Origin: Candidatus Kuenenia stuttgartensis
Lineage (GTDB): Bacteria; Planctomycetota; Planctomycetia; Planctomycetales; Planctomycetaceae
Reading direction: 5' to 3'
Assembly: GCA_945861865.1 (NCBI GenBank)
Contig: CAMAWN010000007.1
Span: 2,047-66,046, forward strand
Length of the DNA stretch: 64,000 nt
Part shown: in pieces, positions 31,001 through 39,542 of the stretch
Position numbering within the stretch: the stretch's first letter is position 1
How the letters are laid out: each line of letters opens with the position of its first letter
Translations under genes and position numbers: made by a program
Notes under the pieces: generated by a model
What the model was told of the DNA's origin: nothing
What the model saw: the letters and a program-made list of their open reading frames with translations, nothing else
Database searches by the model: none

Positions 31001-31477
31001 CGCGTTCAGAACCGGTTGCAGGCTCCACCAACGAGCACGAGCGCGCATCGTCTCTTCCCAAGAGTCGTTGGCTTTCGTGGGAACTGGCTTGTCGCGCGGA
31101 TCGGGTGCTCCGCGTTTGATCCACTCTTCGAGGTCCGCGATGGCCGTCGCCGGCAGCTGGCCTTTCGGCGGCATTTTCACGGAGTCGTCCGTGTACCGCA
31201 CAGCTTTGATGAGCAGGCTCGCGTCCGGTTTGCCCGGCACGATCGCGGCCCCCGAATCACCTCCCTTGCGCACTCCGTCGCGACTGTCGAGAAATAATCC
31301 GCCCCCCAACTTCTTGGCGTTGGTTGCATGACATTCGGAACAATGCGCGACCAGCAACGGCCGGATTTTCTTCTCGAAGAATTCGATGCCGGCATCGTCC
31401 GCGCGCGCTCGATTTGACGAGCACATCGCTGCGAGTGCCGCAGCCGACAGAATGACGAGAGTTCGCAATGCGATCAT
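28076..31477 (-). CDS. PSCyt1 + DUF1549/PSCyt2 + DUF1553/PSD1 protein (long form with an extra central domain)
   Basis: I use the ATG at 31477 (M196 of the track ORF). This gives the signal peptide MIALRTLVILSAAALAAMCSSNRARA, followed by FFEKKIRPLLVAHCSECHA (CxxCH). Further motifs are RRLSLVLTGLPP...HFGERWARHWMDVVRFTET, CARCHNHKLDA and LTARVFVNRVWHHLFG...PTHPELFDHLA. The 195 upstream codons overlap the nitrilase-family gene in another frame and are rejected. 1133 aa. Confidence 0.9.
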   Translation of the reverse strand: MIALRTLVILSAAALAAMCSSNRARADDAGIEFFEKKIRPLLVAHCSECHATNAKKLGGGLFLDSRDGVRKGGDSGAAIVPGKPDASLLIKAVRYTDDSVKMPPKGQLPATAIADLEEWIKRGAPDPRDKPVPTKANDSWEETMRARARWWSLQPVLNAEVPRPQQADWSDLPVDRFVLTRLEQQGLKPAGRAEPRTLVRRLSLVLTGLPPTSEHVAAFLRDCESIRLAAAYEKLVDSLLNSPHFGERWARHWMDVVRFTETHGNEWNYEVHHAWRYRDYLIRAFNADVPFDQFIREHVAGDLLPTPRWNEKERFNESVIGTGFYRFGEVNHDDCISLPSIGYDLADNQIDTLTKAFQATTVACARCHNHKLDAVSMQDYYGMLGILRSSRLVSHCIDAPDVNAKLTQRLTELKTELRKEIAAVWLQEVSQLARFMQAALAKRANRPDAAELATGLDAKRLEKWIAVLAAEKLPLEDPFEPWRVLATTTMTDPASLPSEWQKLTERYAKEDRDRTEFNRTQFETFADFRGVARSPSVAGWQIGGQALRNDPGRSGDFALHPDGDALVRTVLPAGCFTHSLSDKLNGTLRSPVLPLGKKNISFQVLGQRSSAVRLVSNNCQLNYKNYRALTSSDLHWEMFSPPDERESLQTYAELMTMFDNPKFPDQLAALGGDKDNYKLPWDKAAENPRSYFGVTRIVLHDGPEPPRAELAHLRSLFAGSEPASQADVSTRYVAVIEAALRAWAEDHATDEDTRWLDALLRRELLANQVGSSPRLAELTKEYRQTEAQLALPRVVAGVGESSHGYDQPVFTRGDVTRPGETAPRRFLEVLSASRDPFVGAGSGRLELADRIASPTNPLTARVFVNRVWHHLFGTGLVRTVDDFGHVGDLPTHPELFDHLAAQFVSEGWSMKKLIRSLVLTRTFQLSNQPSAASREVDPQNRLLQHFPARRLEAESIRDSILAASGGLDRTLFGSSVQPFRDKDYADRRLFAGPLDGHGRRSIYIKNNLMEGPKFLEAFNFPGGKVTQGRRDVTNVPAQALALLNDPFVLQQADVWAQRLVARSDDSIGARIDALFQTAFDRSPSEDERQRFERTTLELAELHQVPTNSVLTSQLVWRDLAHAIFNLKEFIYIP

Positions 31478-31575
31478 CGGAGTTTTCCAGCACTGCGGGT
31501 CAACGGGCGGGACGCCTTCGGGGTTGGTAATTGCATCAAGGTCATCCACAGAAGGAAACCCCAGCCGGCAGGCTT

Positions 31576-32454
31576 TCACACAGACGTGACATCTCGCGAA
31601 CGTGGGTGGTCGATCAACTGGCCGCTGTGAAGTTGGCCGCTCATTGCGGAAGGTCGCCACGGAGCGGGAGCGTCGAAGCATTCCGGATCGAGTTTCATCT
31701 CGGTGACGAGCACTCCGGAACGATGACGCGGCAAGCGGCCGACGATCAAGCCGTCGGGACGGACAGCGAAACTCCCCCAGCAGGAGGGCCGCGCAGTGCT
31801 GTTGTTCGCGCTGATCCAAAAATGATTCTCGGCCGCTCGGCATTGCATCGTCGCTGGGACGATTGTCTTCCAGATGTTGTATTTCGGGTCCGCCGCGACT
31901 GTCTTGCGAGCGTTGTGAAACGACTGAAACATGACCTCGACACCGAGCTGTTTGTAGCCGCGATACAACTCCGGAAAACGATAGTCGTAGCAGATGGCGA
32001 CCCCGCAGGTGATGCCCTTCACCTGGAACGTGACAAAGCGATCGCCAGGCGAGTAGTGGCACAGGTCAAGCGTCGCTTTCTTGCCGGCCGCTCCCGTGCA
32101 GAAACGTTTGTCGTACCGATCGACGATCTGCCCCTTCGGATTGATGACGTAGACGCAGTTGTGTGGCTTGTGCTGCGCATCGAGTCGATGCGTCGAACCG
32201 AGCAGCACCCAGACTCGATGTTGTTTCGCAGCGGACATCACGTCGCGCGTCGCGGCAGTGAGCGCGGTCCAATCCAAATCGGCGATGCCGGGCAGATCGA
32301 CTCCCGCGTAACCCGACAACGCACACTCCGAGAAATGAACGACGTCAGCCTCTTGTTCGGCGGCTTGTTGAACCTGTTTCAGTATCCAACGACGGTTGTG
32401 TTCGATCTGACCTTCGACGGAAAACTGGCAGGTGGCAACGCGGAGCGATTTCAT
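31576..32454 (-). CDS. Carbon-nitrogen hydrolase (nitrilase-superfamily amidohydrolase)
   Basis: I use the ATG at 32454 (GAGGA upstream), giving MKSLRVATCQF. The Glu-Lys-Cys triad contexts are VVHFSECAL, DRYDKRF and GVAICYD. Confidence 0.85.
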   Translation of the reverse strand: MKSLRVATCQFSVEGQIEHNRRWILKQVQQAAEQEADVVHFSECALSGYAGVDLPGIADLDWTALTAATRDVMSAAKQHRVWVLLGSTHRLDAQHKPHNCVYVINPKGQIVDRYDKRFCTGAAGKKATLDLCHYSPGDRFVTFQVKGITCGVAICYDYRFPELYRGYKQLGVEVMFQSFHNARKTVAADPKYNIWKTIVPATMQCRAAENHFWISANNSTARPSCWGSFAVRPDGLIVGRLPRHRSGVLVTEMKLDPECFDAPAPWRPSAMSGQLHSGQLIDHPRSRDVTSV

Positions 32455-32516
32455 TGGCGGAGTCCTCTCACGAACGAGTCTTGTGGCAGCGAGCGAGCAA
32501 GACATACCATCAGCGC

Positions 32517-33725
32517 ATGGAAAAATCACTCGACCGCAAGCTGGCCGCGATTCATGCCGATCCCAGTGGGTGCAAGGAATTCATCATCGCGGACGCGAAG
32601 GACGCCGACATGGGCTTTTCCATCGGTGCGCCCGGCAAGTCGCCGGAGCGGCATGATGGCGAGGTGCAGTTCAAGACGTTGGCTCAGTACCGCCAGCAGA
32701 TTCGCGAGGTGATTGAGCAAGGGGTCGTGGACATCGTGCTGATGTCGGCCAGCACCAGCGAAATGTTGACGATTCAGGAACGGCTGTTCGACAACTCACA
32801 CATCACGCCGGCAGCGCGGGCGAACGATGCGACCGACGTCCACATTCATCGCGGCGGCCGAATTCACACGACGCCCGCTCGGCCGTTTCGCACAGCGAGC
32901 CTCGATCACATGCAGTGCGGACATCTCGACTGCGCGCCGGAGGAACGCTCACTCGGCGTCGATCTCGGACTGTATTCCACGACGTTCAACAATCAGTTGG
33001 AGTTGGACATCGACGTGCTCAATCAGTTCAAGGAATTCCGCGAAGAATGCGAGCGGAAACAGTTCCGCTACTTCCTGGAGATCTTCGACCCGAACGTCCC
33101 CGATGCCGTCGCTCCGGAGCAATTGCCGGGCTTCATCAACGACGTGATCGCTCGCTCGCTGGCCGGAGTCACGAGTGCCGGGCGGCCGACGTTTCTGAAG
33201 ATGGTCTATCACGGCCCGCGCGCGATGGAGGAACTCGTCCGCTTCGATCCGCATCTGGTCGTCGGCATTCTGGGCGGAGGAGCCGGAACAACGCTCGATG
33301 CGTTTCTGCTGATCCACGAGGCTCAGAAGTACGGAGCCAAGGTCGCGCTCTTTGGCCGCAAGATCAACAACGCTGAACATCAACTCGCGTTCATCCAGAT
33401 GCTGCGCTACATCACCGACGGAGCCATCGAACCTCGCGAGGCCGTGCAGGCGTATCACGGTGTCCTGCAAGAATTGAAGATCGCGCCGCAACGGTCGCTC
33501 GAAGACGATCTCACACTGCAAACCAACGTCATGAGCTACGGTGGCAGCGGGACGGTCTTCAGCGTGCCATCGCCAACTGGCTCCACAAAAACTGAGCCCG
33601 TGGGTGAGCCAGAGCTTGCTCGAGCCGATTCATCGAGTACGAGTCCGAACTTCGCGAAGATGTCATCTCGCGAGCGGTTTCAATACCACCAGGAACGGCT
33701 CAACCGGTTGTTCGGCAGGAAGTAG
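32517..33725 (+). CDS. Hypothetical protein, possibly a class-I-aldolase-like (LacD/DhnA-type) TIM barrel
   Basis: I use the ATG at 32517 (MEKSLDRKL...), 402 aa. Segments PTFLKMVYHGP and HLVVGILGGGAGTTLDAFLLIHEAQKYGAKVALFGRKIN resemble the Schiff-base-Lys strand and the C-terminal phosphate-binding strands of tagatose/fructose-bisphosphate aldolase class I, from my memory of those families only. A Ser/Thr/Pro-rich tail follows. Confidence 0.5.
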   Translation: MEKSLDRKLAAIHADPSGCKEFIIADAKDADMGFSIGAPGKSPERHDGEVQFKTLAQYRQQIREVIEQGVVDIVLMSASTSEMLTIQERLFDNSHITPAARANDATDVHIHRGGRIHTTPARPFRTASLDHMQCGHLDCAPEERSLGVDLGLYSTTFNNQLELDIDVLNQFKEFREECERKQFRYFLEIFDPNVPDAVAPEQLPGFINDVIARSLAGVTSAGRPTFLKMVYHGPRAMEELVRFDPHLVVGILGGGAGTTLDAFLLIHEAQKYGAKVALFGRKINNAEHQLAFIQMLRYITDGAIEPREAVQAYHGVLQELKIAPQRSLEDDLTLQTNVMSYGGSGTVFSVPSPTGSTKTEPVGEPELARADSSSTSPNFAKMSSRERFQYHQERLNRLFGRK

Positions 33726-33794
33726 CCGATTCGCGGATCGCGCGATCGGGACGATCTTCAGGTCCGCGATTGAACGGCTCTTCGCATCTTCGAT

Positions 33795-35177
33795 ATGTTG
33801 TCGATACCGAGACGGTCGCGTGACCGCCCGGTTTCTTCCGATACATCGAATCCCCGTGGACGCTCAGTGGCCGGATTGCTTCGCGCAAGAGTTGGCTCCG
33901 CTCGCGCCAACAACGATGTTTCCGGCCGAGTGAGGCGATTGCTGACACGGTGGGGTCTGCTCGTCGTGATCGCGATTGCCGTGGTGAGCGGCGTGCTGGT
34001 GTCGATCTCGCGACGACAGGAAAAGGCACTGGCGGCAGTCGAGCAATTGCTGAGCAAAGGAGACGTGTCCGCCGCAATCCGCGAAGTCGGAGCATTCCAG
34101 CAAGAATATCCCGCTGACGGTCGCGCGATTGCTCTTCGCGCACGCATTCTTTTGAAGGTTGGCCGGCCACGTGAGGCCGCTCAGTTGTTCGAGCAACACG
34201 GCGCGGCGACTGCGGTCGATCTGCATGCCTGGGCGAAGTCCTACTTGATGCAGTCCCAATGGTCGCTTGCCGCGCCGATCCTGACCCGGTTCCTGCAATT
34301 GGATCCCAAGGACGCGGACGGATTGTACGAGTTGATGGTGTGCAACACGCGCATCGGACGCCTGAAGGAGGCGCTCGAGTTGGCGAGCCAACTGGCGCAG
34401 CTCCCGACTCACGAGGTACTCGGGCACTTGTACCTGGCGACCGTTCACAACGATTTGAAAAACGAGGAACAGGCCGTCTTGGAATTCGACAAGGTTCTGC
34501 AACTCGATCCGGAACTGCGTAGCTTGTCCATTTCTCCGGAAGAGTTCCTCTCGGCATACGGTGGCACGCTGGTCAGTTTGGGACGGAGTGACGAGGCGGT
34601 CAGCCTCTTGAAGCGCAGTCTGGAGACACGCGCCACACTCGATGCAGCGGTGTCGCTCGGCCAGGCGCTCTTGCAGCTTGGCGAAACGCGCGAGGCGGTT
34701 GCCAACTGGGAACTCGCGGTGAAGCTGGAACCGCAGTCTCACCGTGCTCGCGAATCGCTCGCCGACATCGCACTTCGCGAGGGGCACGCGCAAACGGCTC
34801 TGGAGTGGTTACAACCTTTGGAGGACAGCGCCAAGCTGGAACCGGCGACGGCGTTCCTGCTGCAGCGGATCTATCAACGCTTGGGAGACACCGAGAAAGC
34901 CGCGACCTGGCAAGCTCGAACGGCGCAGTTGCGACGAAAACGCGAAGTCGAATCGGCCGTGGATCGCTTGCAAATCGAAGCTCCCCATTCGTACTGGGCG
35001 CAGATCATTCGAGCGTATCGTTTCGCGGAAGCTGGAAACTGGTTGGAAGCCGAAGTTCTGATGCAACAGATCCGTGACTCGGATTCGACCGAGGCATTCG
35101 TGCAACAATTTCGGCAGTCCGTGAAAACTCACAGAGCGTTGCCTCCGCTGGAAACAATTCCAATTCGGTTGTTCTGA
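33795..35177 (+). CDS. Membrane-anchored TPR-repeat protein
   Basis: 460 aa. It has a basic N-terminus and one TM helix (WGLLVVIAIAVVSGVLVSI). The remainder is all-helical TPR-like repeats, for example GRPREAAQLFEQ, GRLKEALELASQL, NEEQAVLEFDKVLQLDP and ETREAVANWELAVKLEP. The exact start is uncertain. Confidence 0.75.
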   Translation: MLSIPRRSRDRPVSSDTSNPRGRSVAGLLRARVGSARANNDVSGRVRRLLTRWGLLVVIAIAVVSGVLVSISRRQEKALAAVEQLLSKGDVSAAIREVGAFQQEYPADGRAIALRARILLKVGRPREAAQLFEQHGAATAVDLHAWAKSYLMQSQWSLAAPILTRFLQLDPKDADGLYELMVCNTRIGRLKEALELASQLAQLPTHEVLGHLYLATVHNDLKNEEQAVLEFDKVLQLDPELRSLSISPEEFLSAYGGTLVSLGRSDEAVSLLKRSLETRATLDAAVSLGQALLQLGETREAVANWELAVKLEPQSHRARESLADIALREGHAQTALEWLQPLEDSAKLEPATAFLLQRIYQRLGDTEKAATWQARTAQLRRKREVESAVDRLQIEAPHSYWAQIIRAYRFAEAGNWLEAEVLMQQIRDSDSTEAFVQQFRQSVKTHRALPPLETIPIRLF

Positions 35178-35202
35178 GAGAAGCGGAGCGAGGAGATCAC
35201 CG

Positions 35203-37038
35203 TTGAAAAGCAACGTCCGCGGATTCCACGATGTCGCATCAAGCTGGCTCGTCTTGCTGTTCGCGTTCTGCGTGCTGGGTTGCCATGACCAGTCGGCACC
35301 AGCACCGATCGATCCAACGACCATCGACCGCCCCGGTGTCGCCCAGACCGATCGCGGGAAACCGGCACCGACCGATTTGGCACGCCGCGGCTCGAACGAA
35401 TCTGCGTGGTTCGAGGATGTGACGTCATCCAGCGGAATCGATTTCGTTCACGTTTCTGGAGACTCGACCGAGAAACCATTTCCGGCAGCGAATGGGAGTG
35501 GACTGGGAATGCTCGATTTCGATCTCGATGGCTGGCAAGATTTGATGTTTCTGACTGGGACACCGTTTCCGGTGGATGTGAATCGGAAGGAACCTCGCAA
35601 TCGAATCTATCGGAATCGCGGCGAACTTCACTTTGAGGATGTGACGAACCAGGCCGGACTGGGACACACCGGTTTCAGCGCGGGCCTCGCGGTCGGAGAC
35701 TTCGACAACGATGGTTTTCCGGACGTGTACGTGACGTGCTTCGGTGCCAATCAGATGTATCTGAATCGGGGCGACGGAACGTTCGAAGAAGTTGGGACGC
35801 AAGCGGGCGTTGGTCACGCTCAATGGGGGACAAGTGCCGCCTGCTTGGACTTCGACAACGACGGATTCCTGGATCTCTACGTCTGCAACTACGGCAAATG
35901 GTCGCTTGACAAGAACCCCTACTGCGGGGATCCGGCGCGCGGAGTGAGAGTGTTTTGCAGCCCCCGATCGATCGAACCCGTGCATGACGTCTTGTATCGA
36001 AACCTGGGGGATGGTCGGTTCGAAAATGTCACGGAAGCGGTGGGGTTGGCAACCGCGCCGGCACGAAGTCAGGGAGTGGTCGCCGCCGATCTGAACAACG
36101 ATGGCTGGATCGACTTGTACGTTGGAAATGATCTGCAAGCGAATTCCCTCTTCCTGAATCGGGGCGGCGCAAAGTTCGAGAGTGTGGGTGAGTTCATGGG
36201 TGCGGCCTACGATTATGTCGGAAACATGCAAGCCAGCATGGGAGTCGATGCGGCTGACATGAACGGCGACGGCTGGCTGGATCTGTTCGCGACCAACTTC
36301 GAAGACGAACACAACGCGCTCTACGAGAACTTGCGAGGCGAGTTCTTTGATGAAGTGGCCCATCAACGCGGACTGGCTCGCGAATCGCTTCCGTGGGTCG
36401 GGTGGGGGACTCTGTTTGCCGACTTTGATCTGGATCGCCGGCTGGATGTGATTGTCGTCAATGGTCACGTCGACAATAACCGACGTGACCTGGGGCAAGA
36501 TTCTACCTACGAGCAACCGGCACTGGTTTGGAAGAACAACGGAAATCGCTTCGACTTTCTCGGAGTTGCCGCTGGGAAGTTCTTCGAGTCTCGTGGGTGT
36601 GCGCGCGGACTCTCGGTCGGCGATCTCGATAACGATGGTGCTGTTGATGTCGTGGTCGGCCACCAGGACGCGGCTCCCGTGGTCTTGCGAAATCTCAACC
36701 GCGATCCACCAGAGGCAGTGTCGCGAATCATTCAAATCCGCCTGGTTGGAACACGTTCCAATCGCGACGCCGTCGGTTCCAGACTGGTCGTCGACGATCC
36801 GACGGGAACATCACAAGTGCGCATCGTTCGCGGTGGCGGTAGCTATCTTTCAGCGCACGATCTCCGGCAAGTCCTCGTCACTTCTCAGGCCAGTGAACCA
36901 ACGGTTGTTTCGATTCATTGGCCGAACGGCAGGCACCACACACTTGAGCCACTCGTGCCAGGTCATCAGTATGTTGTGATTGAACCAGACAAGTCGGATC
37001 CTCATCCGAGAGTCCTTGACCGAGGGAGGCTACAATGA
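35203..37038 (+). CDS. CRTAC1-family lipoprotein (FG-GAP/VCBS beta-propeller + ASPIC/UnbV domain)
   Basis: 611 aa. The TTG start is preceded by AGGAG at a 7-nt spacing. The lipobox is LLFAFCVLGC. Ca-binding-type loops repeat: DFDLDGWQD, DFDNDGFPD, DFDNDGFLD, DLNNDGWID, DMNGDGWLD, DLDNDGAVD. The C-terminal ASPIC/UnbV-like segment is NRDAVGSRLVV...GGGSYLSAHDLR. Confidence 0.85.
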   Translation: MKSNVRGFHDVASSWLVLLFAFCVLGCHDQSAPAPIDPTTIDRPGVAQTDRGKPAPTDLARRGSNESAWFEDVTSSSGIDFVHVSGDSTEKPFPAANGSGLGMLDFDLDGWQDLMFLTGTPFPVDVNRKEPRNRIYRNRGELHFEDVTNQAGLGHTGFSAGLAVGDFDNDGFPDVYVTCFGANQMYLNRGDGTFEEVGTQAGVGHAQWGTSAACLDFDNDGFLDLYVCNYGKWSLDKNPYCGDPARGVRVFCSPRSIEPVHDVLYRNLGDGRFENVTEAVGLATAPARSQGVVAADLNNDGWIDLYVGNDLQANSLFLNRGGAKFESVGEFMGAAYDYVGNMQASMGVDAADMNGDGWLDLFATNFEDEHNALYENLRGEFFDEVAHQRGLARESLPWVGWGTLFADFDLDRRLDVIVVNGHVDNNRRDLGQDSTYEQPALVWKNNGNRFDFLGVAAGKFFESRGCARGLSVGDLDNDGAVDVVVGHQDAAPVVLRNLNRDPPEAVSRIIQIRLVGTRSNRDAVGSRLVVDDPTGTSQVRIVRGGGSYLSAHDLRQVLVTSQASEPTVVSIHWPNGRHHTLEPLVPGHQYVVIEPDKSDPHPRVLDRGRLQ

Positions 37039-37580
37039 GCGCGCCTGCAACTTTGGCAAACGGCGGCAAGACCTCTGGCTCCCCGGCAGGCGGATCAAGA
37101 AGTCCTTGGGGCCGTCTGCTATTAATCGCTCTCGGTTTGGTGGTTGTCGGGTCCGGCGGAGTTTACTGGTGGGCGTTCGAAGGTGGCGAGAAATGGTGGC
37201 ACTCCGTTTTGCTGCCTACCAAGGCGACCTTTCGGGGAAAGGTCACGCTGGATGGTGAGCCGCTGCGTGGCGGACAATTGATGGCGTTGCCCGTTCGAGC
37301 AGGTGTTCCCCAATCGGCGGGTTTCATTGGACAGGATGGCGAGTTCATTCTGCGCACCGATATCGAAGGCAACTACGTCGACCACGCTTTCGTCGGCCGT
37401 TATCGCGTCACGGTGACGCAATTCGCGATGCAGGTGGGAGCGTCGCCTCCACGAATGACGTCGCCGGCCAAGTACGCCAGTACCGCAACATCTGAGTTGT
37501 CGATCACTGTGGATCGCGATGCTTCCAAGAACGACGCTCTGATCGAATTGCGTTCCGATTCGAAAGAGTCCAACAAGTAG
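37035..37580 (+). CDS. Membrane-anchored small protein with a carboxypeptidase-regulatory-like beta-sandwich
   Basis: 181 aa. The ATG overlaps the previous stop (ATGA), with GAGGGAGG upstream. It has one TM helix (LLLIALGLVVVGSGGVYWW). The segment FRGKVTLDGEPLRGGQLMALP...GFIGQDGEFILRT...GRYRVTV is typical of small CarboxypepD_reg-like proteins found next to DUF1559 genes. Confidence 0.6.
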   Translation: MSAPATLANGGKTSGSPAGGSRSPWGRLLLIALGLVVVGSGGVYWWAFEGGEKWWHSVLLPTKATFRGKVTLDGEPLRGGQLMALPVRAGVPQSAGFIGQDGEFILRTDIEGNYVDHAFVGRYRVTVTQFAMQVGASPPRMTSPAKYASTATSELSITVDRDASKNDALIELRSDSKESNK

Positions 37581-38299
37581 CAACCAGCCACCGATCCTGG
37601 ACTGCGGAGCAATCGATCGCGTCGCTCACGCGATTCGGAGAATTCTGCCTCGTACTCGGGGATACAAAACCTGCGATTAACCGGTGGGAAAGCGCCCTTC
37701 AAATGCCGAAATCCCATCATTTCGGCGGACATTCTGCGAAACTTTGGCGGATTACCGCGATCAAAGGATGACATCCAATCGCGTTGGGTCGGGTCTCAGA
37801 ATGCTCGCAGACGATGCGCCCTGCGACACTCAAAACTCTCCTTCGCCTGTTGAAATCGCTTTTGAAAGCCGGTGTTGAAAGGAAGTTCTCACCTTTGCTC
37901 AACAAGCCCACTCGGTTCACCGGCACAATCACGAGAACAATCCGTGGCTTCTGAAACTTCATCGCCGGCAGAACGACCTTGCGAATCGACAAGTGCAGGG
38001 GAGGTTCGAGACTGCTCAAGTGAGTCATTTCATGACATTTCCGGTGCGTTGGAAAAACGCGGTTGACGTGCGATGAGGTCAAGAAAATTGCGAACTTGCG
38101 TTTGACATGTACGTTCAAAAACGGCACGCTGGCGAACATTGGAACGGTGTAGTTGCCTGATTGACGAGTTTTTAGTCTTTCGAGAATTTGTTTGTTTGAT
38201 AGCGCAGGACGACAACCCCGGGCAGTCATGAGACGGCCTGATGAAGCGAGTAAGCCAGAGAGATTTTATTTTTTCTTTGTTTCGGACTCGGAGGTTTTT

Positions 38300-39364
38300 A
38301 TGTCCCGACTTCGCTTTCGATTTGGTTTCACGTTGATTGAGTTGTTGGTTGTTATCGCCATCATCGCTGTTCTGATTGCGCTGCTGCTCCCGGCGGTCCA
38401 GCAGGCGCGCGAGGCGGCTCGCCGATCTCAGTGCAAGAACAATCTCAAGCAAATTGGTCTCGCCTTTCACAATTATCATGACCAAGCAAAGCAGTTTCCC
38501 GTCAGCATTTCTTGGAGTGGCAATGACAATTTTCGCGGAGCTTTCTCGGACAAGGTTTTCATGCTTCCGTTCCTTGAACAGACTGCGAACTATAAACTGA
38601 CTGACTTTGTGACCGACTGCGGTGGATTTGATCCAGGTGGTTGGAATTGTGGTGGCGGAAACCCAAACATCAGAACCCAGAGCGTCCGGTTCCCAATGTT
38701 TCTTTGCCCCTCTGAACCAAACGTGATCTCCGGCGGACAAGCGAATTTCAGTTATGCGATTAATCATGGAACTTCGCATACCAATCACACGGGTGGGGCG
38801 AATATGGGCGCTGGAAACGGCAACCACAACGGTGTCGCGTCATTCGTGCAGGGGGCAGGGGCACCAGCCAGCCACTGGCTCAGAAGCGACCTACCAGTGA
38901 CTTCCGCCAAAATTAGCGACGGCTTGAGCACGACGGCACTGTATGCCGAAATCCAACTGGATTACCTTGGAAACCAACCTGGTTCCGACTCTGACCCGGT
39001 CAAGCGTCGAACGCAAGTTCACACTTGGGCTGGGGGGACGAGTACTCAAGCGACTCGCCAGGATTGTCTCAACCAAACCGGGTTGAGTGGCCGTCCGAAT
39101 ATGCGTGGCCGAGCTTGGGCTTGGTCGTTCATGGGAGTCGGGTCGGCCTACAACCATACGATGATGCCGAATGAGAAGACCTGCCATTCGTATACCGATG
39201 ACTGGGGCGGCTCGAACCTCATGGCGGCGGGCAGCCAACATCAAGGTGTCGCGCATGTCGCCATGGCGGATGGGGGGGTGCGGGCAGTCTCGAGCACTGT
39301 TGCCAACGAGGTGTGGTGGGGCATCGGAACCCGTAACGGTCAGGAACGAGTTCCCAATTTCTGA
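38300..39364 (+). CDS. DUF1559 'H-X9-DG' protein with a prepilin-type N-terminal methylation domain (type II/IV pseudopilin-like)
   Basis: I use the ATG at 38300 (GGAGG at a 6-nt spacing). The N-terminus is [61 protein letters not shown]. The C-terminal H-X9-DG motif is [12 protein letters not shown]. By eye this gene is more AT-rich than its neighbours. Confidence 0.9.
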   Translation: MSRLRFRFGFTLIELLVVIAIIAVLIALLLPAVQQAREAARRSQCKNNLKQIGLAFHNYHDQAKQFPVSISWSGNDNFRGAFSDKVFMLPFLEQTANYKLTDFVTDCGGFDPGGWNCGGGNPNIRTQSVRFPMFLCPSEPNVISGGQANFSYAINHGTSHTNHTGGANMGAGNGNHNGVASFVQGAGAPASHWLRSDLPVTSAKISDGLSTTALYAEIQLDYLGNQPGSDSDPVKRRTQVHTWAGGTSTQATRQDCLNQTGLSGRPNMRGRAWAWSFMGVGSAYNHTMMPNEKTCHSYTDDWGGSNLMAAGSQHQGVAHVAMADGGVRAVSSTVANEVWWGIGTRNGQERVPNF

Positions 39365-39423
39365 AGTCTTTTGTTCCTGCTGGAAAACAGCAGATTTGAA
39401 CTTCCGATCCGTGTCTTTCGAGC

Positions 39424-39470
39424 AAGGGCCGTGTGCGTTTCAGGCACGGCCCTTTCTTTGTCATTTGTTG
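39424..39470 (+). terminator. Rho-independent terminator after the DUF1559 gene
   Basis: aagggccgtg / cacggccctt forms a 10-bp stem with an 11-nt loop. The T-rich tail ttctttgtcatttgtt follows. A weaker hairpin (ctgctg-gaaaa-cagcag) lies about 40 nt upstream. Confidence 0.75.
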
Positions 39471-39542
39471 CAGCGGTTCTCCAAAATCCCAAGGGGTCGA
39501 TTGTTTGGCGACGTTGCCTTTCTTTGAGGATTCGTCGAGATC

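Noticed and set aside
31478-32062. A 195-codon N-terminal extension of the large PSCyt/DUF1553 ORF (the track gives 28076..32062).
   Set aside because: The extension overlaps the nitrilase-family gene in another frame and is Arg/Ser-rich. The internal ATG at 31477 yields a textbook signal peptide immediately followed by the PSCyt1 domain.
37717-38229. A 170-aa minus-strand ORF, and the overlapping 38030..38827 ORF, in the gap before the DUF1559 gene.
   Set aside because: There is no start-site context, motifs or export signals, and the composition is odd (many Arg/Lys/Cys/His). The second ORF is antisense to the well-supported DUF1559 gene. The possibility of a decayed gene is kept as a low-interest finding instead.
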